From: Staphylococcus phage SAC
Direction: 5' to 3' (one strand)
Sequence record: OR234014.1
Length of the DNA stretch: 64,000 nt
Of this stretch, positions 16,556 through 27,000 are shown piece by piece (position 1 is the first letter of the stretch; the number at the start of each line of letters is the position of its first letter). Both the position numbers and the translations under genes were made by a program. The notes beneath the pieces were generated by a model. That model was not told the origin of the DNA, searched no databases, and saw only the letters and a program-made list of their open reading frames with translations.

Positions 16556-18856
16556 ATGAGACAACTAATACTAATGAGAGGTGCTCCAGGCTCAGGTAAA
16601 ACAACGTATATAAAAGAAAATGGATTAGAGGGATATTCTCTTAGCCCTGATGTCCTTAGAATACAATACAGCTCACCTGTATATGATATAGAAGGAAACC
16701 TTAGAATATCACAAGAAGAAGACAACAAGGTATGGGATTTATTATTTAGCATATTAGAAAAGCGTATGGAAAATGGAGAATTTACTGTAATAGATGCTAC
16801 ACATTCTACGGCTAAACTAATTAAAAAATATGAGAAGTTATCAAAAAAATACGGATATAGAGTATATGTGGTTAACATAGAAGCAGAGCTAGACACTCTT
16901 TTTGAACGTAATAATAATAGACAAGAACTAAAGAAAGTTCCTGTGGATGTTATTGAAAATATCTATGAGCGTTTAAAACATGAGAATATCCCAAGTTTTG
17001 CAAAAGAAGTAGATAAAAATGATTTGTTAAATACTATTAAGTGGGACAAAAATCTCATGAATACTGATTCATATGAGAAAATTCATGTAATTGGAGATGT
17101 CCATTCTTGTTTTACAGCCCTTCATTCTCTTTTCCCTACTGATTACATTATAGATAATCAAAATGAACTCTTCATATTTGTCGGAGATTATTTTGATAGA
17201 GGATTAGAATCGAAGCAAATGTTTGAGTATCTTGAGATTATTTATAAATTAAAAAACGTCATTCTATTAGAAGGAAATCATGAAAGACACCTTCGCAGAT
17301 ATACTCAGTTAGAAAAAGAAGACTATGATAATATTTGTTTAGCCTATAGTTGGGTAGATATTAGTGAAAAAGATTTTTATAAACAAGCTTTAAAAATATT
17401 TCATGCAAGAGGATTTATACCTACCTTGAAATCCTTCATAGAGAACGGAATAACTCAAAATAGAGTAAAGTCTATTCTTAGAAAGTTACAGCAGGTGGCT
17501 TACTTTAGTTTTAAAGGTCAAGACTACATTGTTAGTCATGGCGGAGTCCTTCCTGAAGTTCTTGATAATTTAAATAAGATTTCAACAAGTCAGCTTATTA
17601 ATGGAATCGGGGGATATGATTTTAATGTTGATGACCAATGGGAACATTCTAATACAATACAAATACATGGACATAGGAATTTATATAGAGAGCCTTTAGA
17701 TACTACTAAAAATTCAGTTAATTTAGAAGGTCGTGTAGAAAAAGGTGGTTGCTTAAGAGCTATAACGATAAATAAAAACAACAGTATTGAGAAGAATGAA
17801 GTAAAAAACACTATTTACGACCCTAAATTCCTTTTATCAAACAGACGGAACGATAGTATTGACAAAGACCTCACTCCTAATCAATACCTAGATATAGCCA
17901 GAAAAGAAAATAAAACCATCAAAACCAATCAACAATATAGAGATGTGTTCTCAGTTAACTTTACAAAAAGAGCTTTTTCTAAAAAGAAATGGAACCAATT
18001 AACAGTGAGTTCTAGAGGTCTTTATATTGATGAAGATAGAAACACAGTACTAGGAAGAGGATATAATAAGTTCTTTAATATCAATGAAGTAGAAGAAACC
18101 AAATTAGAGAATATGCCAGACACTATCCAATTCCCTTTAACTGGATATAAGAAAGAAAATGGATTTTTAGGACTAATGTTCTATGACCCGTTAGAAGGAA
18201 TTATATATGCAAGTAAATCTAAAACCCATTTAAGTGGACATGGAAATAAATATGCACTACTATTTAAAGAGTTAGTAGAAAAAACTTTAACCAAAAGACA
18301 AATACAAATACTAGCAACATTCCTTGAAAACCATTATATTGCTGACGATAGTTTTACCCTAGTGTTCGAGGTAGTTGATATCGAAGAAGACCCTCATATC
18401 ATAAAATATCGAAAAAGCGATATCTTCTTACTTGATATTATTTCAAATACGTTAAATATGAAAAAGAAAGATTATGATTATTTGAAATATGTTGCTGATG
18501 AAGTAGGATTACAACTAAAAGAAAAAGAGTTGGAGTTTGCTAGCTGGGAAGAATTTTATAAATGGTATAAGGATAATAATGGCTCTTATAATATATTGCA
18601 TGAAGGGTATGTATTTGAAGATTTGAAAGGATTTATGTTTAAATATAAGTCTGACTATTACAAAGACTGGAAATATATGAGAGATATAGCTTACTCCTTA
18701 TCACAAAGAAGAGATGTAAGACCTAAGCAATATATTTTAACAAGAAACCCTGAACTTAGAGATTTTTATTATTGGGCTAAAATGAAAGACTCAGAAGAAC
18801 TGAATAAAGATATCATCACACTAAAAGATGAGTTTGAAAAAGAAAAGGAGAAGTAG
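16556..18856 (+). CDS. Trifunctional polynucleotide kinase / calcineurin-like phosphatase / RNA ligase (Pnkp-like RNA repair enzyme), 766 aa
   Basis: N-terminus GAPGSGKT P-loop with the T4-Pnk-like layout (TVIDATH...GYRVYVV). Middle domain has metallophosphatase motifs GDVHS, GDYFDRG, GNHE and GH.H. C-terminal domain has nucleotidyltransferase motif I YKKENGF (K-x-N-G). Confidence 0.65.
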   Translation: MRQLILMRGAPGSGKTTYIKENGLEGYSLSPDVLRIQYSSPVYDIEGNLRISQEEDNKVWDLLFSILEKRMENGEFTVIDATHSTAKLIKKYEKLSKKYGYRVYVVNIEAELDTLFERNNNRQELKKVPVDVIENIYERLKHENIPSFAKEVDKNDLLNTIKWDKNLMNTDSYEKIHVIGDVHSCFTALHSLFPTDYIIDNQNELFIFVGDYFDRGLESKQMFEYLEIIYKLKNVILLEGNHERHLRRYTQLEKEDYDNICLAYSWVDISEKDFYKQALKIFHARGFIPTLKSFIENGITQNRVKSILRKLQQVAYFSFKGQDYIVSHGGVLPEVLDNLNKISTSQLINGIGGYDFNVDDQWEHSNTIQIHGHRNLYREPLDTTKNSVNLEGRVEKGGCLRAITINKNNSIEKNEVKNTIYDPKFLLSNRRNDSIDKDLTPNQYLDIARKENKTIKTNQQYRDVFSVNFTKRAFSKKKWNQLTVSSRGLYIDEDRNTVLGRGYNKFFNINEVEETKLENMPDTIQFPLTGYKKENGFLGLMFYDPLEGIIYASKSKTHLSGHGNKYALLFKELVEKTLTKRQIQILATFLENHYIADDSFTLVFEVVDIEEDPHIIKYRKSDIFLLDIISNTLNMKKKDYDYLKYVADEVGLQLKEKELEFASWEEFYKWYKDNNGSYNILHEGYVFEDLKGFMFKYKSDYYKDWKYMRDIAYSLSQRRDVRPKQYILTRNPELRDFYYWAKMKDSEELNKDIITLKDEFEKEKEK

Positions 18857-18857
18857 A

Positions 18858-19487
18858 ATGACAAATTTAATGAAAGAACTTCAGGTGTATCATGCATCGG
18901 ATATGTTGATGCAAGGGTTAAAAGAATATAGAATCAAACAAAAAGAAGAGATGGAAAGTATTGTTGGTATTAAAGTTTTTGACCCTAGCTCACAATCATT
19001 TAACGATAAAAAGAATACAGACTCACATAAGTTGGCAGAACGAATTGTAGAAAACGACACGTGTGCTATTGAGGAATCTGATATTTATGTTATTGATTTG
19101 CCTATTAGCGGTAATGGAGGTTTAGGAACCATCACCGAGTTAGGTCAAATTTTTCAAATGAAAAGACAAGCACAAATTACTATTGACAGGCTAAACGACT
19201 TATATGATATTTATTACCTTGATGTAAATGGTGAATTAACAGATGTAGCAACAGTTTTAGATAAAGAGCTTGAAATTAACGAGAAAATACTAAATAAACC
19301 TGTTTTAATTTACTCTAGTGACATCAGATGGAACACAACAGATATGCATGATGATATGGATAGAGTTCCATATTCCTTTAACGCTTACGTATACGGAGTA
19401 GCTTTATCTTTAACAGACGGTAAAGGTGTTATTTCATGGGAAGAAGTTTTAGGGGAATTAGAAAAGTTAGGTGCATCTAATGTCTAA
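18858..19487 (+). CDS. Nucleoside 2-deoxyribosyltransferase-like protein (~209 aa)
   Basis: GTITELGQI resembles the NDT catalytic Glu motif (MELGYA); SD AAAAGGAGAAG upstream of ATG 18858. Confidence 0.4.
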   Translation: MTNLMKELQVYHASDMLMQGLKEYRIKQKEEMESIVGIKVFDPSSQSFNDKKNTDSHKLAERIVENDTCAIEESDIYVIDLPISGNGGLGTITELGQIFQMKRQAQITIDRLNDLYDIYYLDVNGELTDVATVLDKELEINEKILNKPVLIYSSDIRWNTTDMHDDMDRVPYSFNAYVYGVALSLTDGKGVISWEEVLGELEKLGASNV

Positions 19488-20103
19488 TTTATCTCATATA
19501 TTAAGCATCCTATATGCTATATTAGTTACTGTAGGATATATACCTGCTTTAGTAGGTTTGATAAAAGATAAGAATGTTAAAGGTGTAGATAGCTATTTTT
19601 GGTTTTATATTGTTGTTACAGTAAGTATTAGCTTAACAAGCTTATTTGTAACACATGCACCCCTATTTCAAATTATATCAGTAAGTATTAATTTATTACT
19701 AGGTATTATTTGTTTTATTATATACTTATTTAGAACAACAGAAGTTAGTCTTTTAGAAATGGTTATGTTTATAATTGTTATTTATATTGGCTATTCAGTA
19801 GCTAACTATAGTGTTGAATACGGACAAATAATGGCTACTATTAGTATTATCGTAGCTTATTTATCCCAAATAAATAAATTTTATAAAACTAAAAGTACAA
19901 ATGGAACTAGCAAATATTTATTTCTTATTATAGGTATTGCATTAGCTTGTTTAATTATTAGTATGTTAATAACAAATACGACACCACATGTAATATATAC
20001 AGAAGTAGCTAACTTTATTCTTATTATGATATGTTACCTACAGGCATCTTATTATGAATATAAAGGCGTAGATAACAATGAAAGACTTAATACAAAAAGG
20101 TAA
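19480..20103 (+). CDS. Polytopic membrane protein (6-7 TM), possible PnuC-like nucleoside / nicotinamide-riboside transporter
   Basis: Seven hydrophobic segments; genomic pairing with the NDT-like gene; SD AGGTG upstream of ATG 19480. Confidence 0.35.
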   Translation: MSNLSHILSILYAILVTVGYIPALVGLIKDKNVKGVDSYFWFYIVVTVSISLTSLFVTHAPLFQIISVSINLLLGIICFIIYLFRTTEVSLLEMVMFIIVIYIGYSVANYSVEYGQIMATISIIVAYLSQINKFYKTKSTNGTSKYLFLIIGIALACLIISMLITNTTPHVIYTEVANFILIMICYLQASYYEYKGVDNNERLNTKR

Positions 20104-20251
20104 TAAATTTTATTATAAGGTTAGAAATGGTGATACCTTATGGACTATAAGTAAGAAATATGATGTGTCTATTAAACAACTACAAGAACTTAATGATATG
20201 ACCTCGGTGTCTTTATCAGACAAAGATTGTATACTTGTTTATGTAGACTAG
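20078..20251 (+). CDS. LysM-domain mini-protein (57 aa), overlapping the 3' end of the transporter gene
   Basis: Hand translation MKDLIQKGNKFYYKVRNGDTLWTISKKYDVSIKQLQELNDMTSVSLSDKDCILVYVD; the GDTLW.IS.KY.VS...L...N motif is a LysM signature; below the 60-aa track cutoff. Confidence 0.5.
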   Translation: MKDLIQKGNKFYYKVRNGDTLWTISKKYDVSIKQLQELNDMTSVSLSDKDCILVYVD

Positions 20252-20264
20252 AAAGGACTTCTAT

Positions 20265-20528
20265 ATGGATTTAATAGATAATAAAGAAGTAACTAGTACC
20301 GATGAGATTATTTTTAAAAGTAAATCTAAAAATTTATATATTAGTGACATAGATATAATATCTAAAGTTACTATGTACACAGATGAGTTAGAGGAAGTTT
20401 TAGCAATGCCTAATACTATTAACTTTAAAAATTCTAAGAAGTACAAAGACTTAATGAGTAATCCCGATATTGTACCCGTAAGAAGAACTAAAAAAATTAA
20501 ATATGAAATTTATCTAGAAGAACTGTAA
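20265..20528 (+). CDS. Hypothetical protein (87 aa)
   Basis: ORF followed by a terminator. Confidence 0.5.
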   Translation: MDLIDNKEVTSTDEIIFKSKSKNLYISDIDIISKVTMYTDELEEVLAMPNTINFKNSKKYKDLMSNPDIVPVRRTKKIKYEIYLEEL

Positions 20529-20545
20529 AAAAGTTCTTCTTTTTT
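20513..20545 (+). terminator. Rho-independent terminator
   Basis: gaagaac-tgtaaaaaa-gttcttc plus TTTTTT. Confidence 0.65.
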
Positions 20546-20606
20546 GTTGACTATTAAATTTAACTATGTTATCATACTTATATAATAATAAATGAGGTGA
20601 TGACAC

Positions 20607-22646
20607 ATGTCAGTAGAATATAAAGAAACAGGATTAACGGAAGAAGAAATTCTTAAATTGTCTAAAGTAAATAGAAATAGTATATTTATAGGTGAAGAAA
20701 GAGTATATTTAAAAATAAATAATAAAAATATTGTAGATATTGGCTCTAAAGAATTATTAAGAGATATTAATAATACCTTTTGTTATTCTAGCGCTTTAAA
20801 TTTACTTTTATTTATAGCATTATGTGGAAATAAAAAACTTACTACGTTTAAGGGAGACCCATATAAAAAAGTACAAGAGTTAAGTAAAACAGTTACAGAT
20901 GTAAATACTGTATATAGTGAGTATATAGAAAGTGACGATAGGTCTGAATTTCCTTTATATAACAAAAGACACTATCGTAATAATATATACTGCCGTGCAA
21001 ACTATGAAAATGAACTAAAACAGTTTGACAATACGCAAAATAAGAATAGTAATAATTACCTTACAAAAAAAATAAGAGACTTAAAAAGACAAATAAATAC
21101 TACAACTAATGATATACTTGATGTATTATTAATGGGTGACTATAGTATATTTGGTATTAATATTGACCCTTATGCATTTGGTAAATCTTATGATAATAAC
21201 TACGAATACTACAATGAAGTTTTAAAAAATATAAAAATAGGGCTTAACAAATTAACACCTATAAAAGATAATAATACTCCGTTTTTAATTAAGACTTGTT
21301 ATTTAAAAGACATAAGTATAGTAACAACAGATTGGAGTATAGTAAACGGTGACTTTAATAATAAAAATGGAAATGTATACCTACACCTATCAAATACACT
21401 ACAACATAAAGAATTTAAATTTAATATGTATGAAGATGATTTTAATAAGGATAAACTAAAAAATAACATTACTTTACCTGTCCTTTTAAATATTATTTTA
21501 AGTAAATATGGAAAGGAAAATTTAGCTTTTAACATAATAATCCAAACACTAAAGAATAATGATTATTACTTAAATCTAAGTAGACTTAATGTAAAAAACT
21601 TTGATGTATACTCTATGATAGATAGACCTGATGGTTATCGCACAGTTAGTAAAGGTGAAAATGCTACTGATAATTTAAACAATCTGTTAAAATTAGTTGT
21701 GTCTAATATTGATAAAGTTTATAACAACGAAGATTGTGATATATTTAAAGAACACAAAGAGTTTCTAGTAATACCAAACAAAAATAAATGGAAATTACAT
21801 GAAGCTTTAAATTTAAGTAAACAAACATATAATAAGTTTATTACTCTTAGTAAAGAAGAGCAAGAAAATTACCTTAATATACTTCGAGTTATCATAAATA
21901 AATTTCCTAGTTTATATAATGAGTCTAACTTACACAAACTATTCGATGACGACTTTATAATGGTGACTAATTCATATTCAATAGGAAATGCTTTATCTTT
22001 TAAAGGTACTACGAAAGAAGTTCTTAACTTTTCATTTTCTGACTTTAGAAAAATGGTGAATTATATAAACTATGATGTCAGAAACAGACAACGTATACAT
22101 TCATACGCTGTTAATAATTTATATAGAGATTATATAGACTTTGCTTCAGACCTAGTACTTCTTGGATATAGAACTAAAGAAAGTATTAACTTAACACCAT
22201 ATTCTTTAAAACTAGAGCATGATATTGTTACTGATGAGTATTTAACAGTTAAAGATGAAGTCGATGACTTAAAGTTACAACAAAAATATGATAATAAATT
22301 AAATAATATCACAAATAAAGAATATAAGTTAAATGATGGCTCTAAAGTTAAATTTTTACCTGCGGATACTACTGAAAAATTAAAAAGAGAAGGTGAACAG
22401 CTATCTCATTGTGTCGGCAGTTATGCTTCGAATATTATAAATGACAGATGTTTAATATTACTAGCTAGAAAAGTTGACGATTTAGAAAAATCATGGTATA
22501 CTGTAGAAGTAAGGATAACAAAATATGGATATACGTTAGGTCAACAACAATCTTTAAAAAGTCATGAGTTACCTAAAGAATTAAAAGACGAATTAATAAA
22601 AGATATTAAAAATATAAATAAACAATTTAGTGAGGATGTTGCGTAA
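20607..22646 (+). CDS. Large protein (679 aa) with a PcfJ-like C-terminal domain
   Basis: C-terminus ...KLKREGEQLSHCVGSYASNIINDRCLILLAR... resembles the PcfJ-like (E..L.HCV..Y) signature; N-terminal 500 aa low-complexity N/K/Y-rich. Confidence 0.45.
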   Translation: MSVEYKETGLTEEEILKLSKVNRNSIFIGEERVYLKINNKNIVDIGSKELLRDINNTFCYSSALNLLLFIALCGNKKLTTFKGDPYKKVQELSKTVTDVNTVYSEYIESDDRSEFPLYNKRHYRNNIYCRANYENELKQFDNTQNKNSNNYLTKKIRDLKRQINTTTNDILDVLLMGDYSIFGINIDPYAFGKSYDNNYEYYNEVLKNIKIGLNKLTPIKDNNTPFLIKTCYLKDISIVTTDWSIVNGDFNNKNGNVYLHLSNTLQHKEFKFNMYEDDFNKDKLKNNITLPVLLNIILSKYGKENLAFNIIIQTLKNNDYYLNLSRLNVKNFDVYSMIDRPDGYRTVSKGENATDNLNNLLKLVVSNIDKVYNNEDCDIFKEHKEFLVIPNKNKWKLHEALNLSKQTYNKFITLSKEEQENYLNILRVIINKFPSLYNESNLHKLFDDDFIMVTNSYSIGNALSFKGTTKEVLNFSFSDFRKMVNYINYDVRNRQRIHSYAVNNLYRDYIDFASDLVLLGYRTKESINLTPYSLKLEHDIVTDEYLTVKDEVDDLKLQQKYDNKLNNITNKEYKLNDGSKVKFLPADTTEKLKREGEQLSHCVGSYASNIINDRCLILLARKVDDLEKSWYTVEVRITKYGYTLGQQQSLKSHELPKELKDELIKDIKNINKQFSEDVA

Positions 22647-22807
22647 TGGTAAAACCAGTTATAACTTTAGAACCTAAAGAAGTTAAGACATTAATAGAGT
22701 ATTTAAGTCATTTTGAAGAAGATGTACGAAAATATAAAGATATGGAGAAATTATATGAAGAATTACACAAAAAGTATCAGCTTGCTAAAGGAAACTACGT
22801 TGAGTAA
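22646..22807 (+). CDS. Small protein (53 aa), translationally coupled on both sides (TAATG)
   Basis: Hand translation MVKPVITLEPKEVKTLIEYLSHFEEDVRKYKDMEKLYEELHKKYQLAKGNYVE; missed by the track (<60 aa). Confidence 0.45.
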   Translation: MVKPVITLEPKEVKTLIEYLSHFEEDVRKYKDMEKLYEELHKKYQLAKGNYVE

Positions 22808-22992
22808 TGGAAAGGTATAGTAAAGAATATGTAGATATAGACATTACAGTTAGAGCATTAGTACAAACACCTTATAGAGACTCATATGATGTTACAAATA
22901 ATAGAAACGAATTAGTAGAAGATAATATCGTCGTTAATAGTTTATCAGATTATGTTAAAGTACAAGAAGTTAAAATAAATGATATAGATTAA
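22807..22992 (+). CDS. Hypothetical protein (61 aa)
   Basis: TAATG coupling with the upstream ORF. Confidence 0.45.
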   Translation: MERYSKEYVDIDITVRALVQTPYRDSYDVTNNRNELVEDNIVVNSLSDYVKVQEVKINDID

Positions 22993-23110
22993 AAGGCAAA
23001 GGAACTGTTATATTATATGTGTACTTTATAGTACACTTCCATAATATCTTTCCTTTTCCCTATCTATATTCTAGATAGGGTTTTTATTTTAGATACGAAA
23101 GGACACCAAT

Positions 23111-23527
23111 ATGGATACTAGAGAATTTATTGATTCACAAATTGGAAGTAACAAAGAGGCAACAGAATTAAAAGAATTAAAGATAAACATTGTTGAAGCA
23201 TCTTTAGATGTGACACATTCTTTAGATGACACATTATATTATGCTAAAAAGCTTATGAAAAATGTAGAACAACTGGAGTTATACTATAATGTCAACTCTA
23301 CCACTAATACACCGAACCATTATAAAGGTAAAAAAGATGTTATATCATTTTTAGAAGAATATTTCTACATTATTGGCTTTATAGACTGCATGCTATTTAA
23401 TATTGTTAAATATACAACAAGATTAGGAAGAAAAGACGATGAAAGAAAAGAAGTAGAGAAAATTAAAACCTATACCGAAAGGTTGTTAAACTTCATAGAA
23501 TATGGTAATAGTAATGGAAGAGGATAA
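23111..23527 (+). CDS. Hypothetical protein (138 aa)
   Basis: SD AAAGGACACC. Confidence 0.5.
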   Translation: MDTREFIDSQIGSNKEATELKELKINIVEASLDVTHSLDDTLYYAKKLMKNVEQLELYYNVNSTTNTPNHYKGKKDVISFLEEYFYIIGFIDCMLFNIVKYTTRLGRKDDERKEVEKIKTYTERLLNFIEYGNSNGRG

Positions 23528-23837
23528 AAAAAAGATACATAAATACTTTTGTTACCTATACTTTTCAGATTACTTACCATCAAAAGGTATAGTTGTTTTA
23601 AATCATAATGTTACCTCTCATGCTACGGAGAACGGAGTTAAAAATTATTACATAGGTAATATTCTAATAGATAACGCAGAAATAACAGTTGTTATAGACT
23701 TAACGGATTTACAAAAAGCAAGTAGTATGCAAAATATGTTAGAAATATTGAATAAAAATACAGAATCTTGTATCTTTAAAAGCAAAGAATTAACTACTGA
23801 GACGGTAAATACCTTCTTTAAAGGAGAAATTTTATGA
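23514..23837 (+). CDS. Hypothetical protein (~107 aa)
   Basis: ATG 23514 (MEEDKKK) preferred over the upstream ATG. Confidence 0.5.
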   Translation: MEEDKKKIHKYFCYLYFSDYLPSKGIVVLNHNVTSHATENGVKNYYIGNILIDNAEITVVIDLTDLQKASSMQNMLEILNKNTESCIFKSKELTTETVNTFFKGEIL

Positions 23838-23974
23838 AAAAATTAAATATATGTTTAACTATTATATCATTCTTTATCACATATAAAGTGTTAACAAAAA
23901 AGAAAAAGCATACACATGTCATTGTAGACTATTCAGTACAAGACCATATTCATCTAAATGATATCTGTAACTAA
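23834..23974 (+). CDS. Small membrane peptide (46 aa)
   Basis: MKKLNICLTIISFFITYKVLTKKKK...; SD AAGGAG; followed immediately by a terminator. Confidence 0.4.
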   Translation: MKKLNICLTIISFFITYKVLTKKKKHTHVIVDYSVQDHIHLNDICN

Positions 23975-23998
23975 AGGGCAATTTGCCCTTTTTTGTGT
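23975..23998 (+). terminator. Rho-independent terminator
   Basis: aagggcaa-tttgccctt plus TTTTTT. Confidence 0.7.
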
Positions 23999-24041
23999 TT
24001 TATGATATATTAACATTGACTAATAGTAAAGGAGATTTTCA

Positions 24042-27000
24042 ATGCCTCATTTAAAAGCATATGATAAATACGGTAATATATTGGCAATAGGTTACAATGT
24101 AGAGTTACATGAAGAAGTAGGGTCTGTAATCATACCTAACTTAGCTCCTCATACCCATTACCCTCAAGGTGAGTTCTATGTATCATGGGAAGCTGAAAAA
24201 TATGAAACCGATAAAGTAGTAGTTCCTGGTTTTACAACCCTAGAATCATCATTCAAAGAAATAACATTATATTTTAAAGACCATATACTTGTAAATGCTA
24301 AATCTGCTTATGATGTAGCAGTAGATAATGGTTTTGTCGGTTCTGAAGAAGAATGGGTTAAGTCTATTAAAGGAGAAAAAGGGGAGGAAGGGGAACAAGG
24401 TAAGCAAGGTTTAAGTGCTTATGAAGTAGCTGTAAATAACGGTTTTACAGGTTCAGCTACAGATTGGCTTAAAACAGGTAAAAGTCCTTATGTATACTCT
24501 AACGAGTATATAAAGCAAAAAGATGATACTTCGGATGTTCAAAGGTTAAGACGTGCTATTAAAGATACAAGTGAAGGTAATACCCTACACATTCCTTCTA
24601 GTGAATCACCTATTAAAATAGATGATACTTTGATAATAGATAAGAATATTAATATTGTATCTGATGCTAAGATTGTTTATAATGGTAGTAAGGATAAACC
24701 AGCTATTAAACTAGATAGTTTATCATATTCTAATGTTACAATTAAAGGTATTTATGATGATAGTTCTTATCCAACTTATGGTGGAGGCTATCATGGTTTT
24801 AAGAGTCAAAACTATATAGGACTAGAATTAGTTAACTGTAGAAATGTTAATACTAATATTAATGAAATTATTGGTTTTACAGTCGGTAATAAACATAAAG
24901 CTACTGGTGGTAAAGGTCATTGGTTTAATAATACTATTATTAATTTCTTTATTAATAATGAAACACATATAGAATTAAATACAGATGGTATAGGTTCTAA
25001 TGGTGAGCAATCTTGGATGAATAGTAATTACTTCTATAAATCAGCTTTTTCATATAGTGGCACTGAGTTTAATAAACACCCTAACACATACTATAACATC
25101 AAACAAACTCTAACAAATGCTAATACCTATGGAGGAAATAGCAATGTATTCGATTCACTTAAATTTGAAACTGCTTCCCCAACATCTGAAAATTATGTTA
25201 TGGTGTATCTTAAAAAAGCAGTAGGATTTATATTTAAGAATTACAGATTTGAATTTAATAACAAAGCTACCTTTGCTATTATAGATTTAGAAACACAAGA
25301 CATGACAAAATCTTATGTAACACATAGTAAAGATATTAAGTTTATTCCTGAATTTGTTTTAGGTAATGGACATAAACTAACGTTTACAAATATTAATACT
25401 GCTAAAATACCTAGAAGTAGTATTGCTAAAATAGTAGACGAATACAAAACAACATTATTGTATAAAAATAATGATTTTAGCAAAGACTATAGAAGATTAG
25501 GGGGTAACTATCACACAGTCAAAAATGTATTTAGAAAACCATTACAGTCAACTTCTCTGACAGATAAAGTATCTTATGACTATAGTACTACACCTAGTTT
25601 AGTAGATGATAAAGGACTACTTACCTTTACAGGCTCGTACCCTATGGCTTTATATGTTAATAATGTTAGTGTTGGTGACGAGCTAATTATTAACAAGTTA
25701 TCATTTATAGGTAATTCTAGTGGTATATTTATTAAATGTTTTGATAAAGACGGTAATATATTAGACAAAGTATCTAATAATTATGATACAATATTACTAG
25801 ATGGTTATTATAATGATAAATATAAAGCGTTCACTTTCAATAACGCCCAAAAAGATACTTTTACTGTTAATAGTGAAGATGTTAAGTCTATCGTTATTTT
25901 AATATCTGGAACTATGCAAGGTTTACTTGTAGGTTCAACTAATCCATCCAATATTATTAAGTCTTCAAACGATAGTAGCAAGAATAAAACTGATGTTTTT
26001 TATTCTCATGTTAAACCTTCTAGTGTTGAAGATTTTAAATATGATGAAAAAGTATACAACAATGGTACAACACAAGTATATGGTTGGGTACTAAAAGGTA
26101 ATGATTGGAAAGAACTAGGTAAAGACACTAATTCTAAGAGTAAAGTAATAGTTAATATAGAAGATTACCCAAGAATTAATGATGAAGATAATGACTATCC
26201 TAGATTCCAAAGAGCTTTAGATTATTTAACAAGTACTAAAGGTGGTACTCTTATAGTACCTAAAGGAGCAGAGGACTATTTATTCAAAACTAAGACACCT
26301 ACTGTACAAAACCCATCACGTGTAAAAGTAACAGGAAGTAATATACACATTAAAGGTGAAGGTAATCCTACATTTATTATGTCAGGAATCACTAAAAACT
26401 ATTTAGACTCTATAGATGATATTTCTTCTAGTGGTAGAGATATGTTTACAGGATTCTCATTTATCAACTGTGATAACATTCTTGTAGAAGGATTAACATT
26501 TAAAGGGGAATGGGATAGTAAAGGTGAATTTAGATATGCGTCACCTCGTTCTATTGGAGTAGCGTTTAAAGGAAGTAGAAACTGTAAAGCATATAATGTA
26601 CATGGCTATAATATCATGGGTAATGTTGTAAATGCAGTAAACACTATGCAAGCAGTAGATGGTGTTTATGGTTACTCAGACAACATTACTATAGATAGTT
26701 GCTCAGCTACACAATGTTTAGAGAATGGTTTTAACTTTATGGGTGGTACTAAAAATGGATATTATGTTAATAATATATCTACAGGAAATGGTTCAAGTGG
26801 ATTTGAATCAGGAACAGAAAATGTTATTATAAGTAATAATATACACACAAATAATAAGTACTCAGGTTTAAGTATATCTGGCACTAATTACACAATTACT
26901 AATAACGTAATTTATGGTAATAGTAATAAAGGAGAGTTAAGTAATAAACCATCTAATGGTATTGCTATTACAGGAGGTAGTAAAGGAATTATTAGTAACA

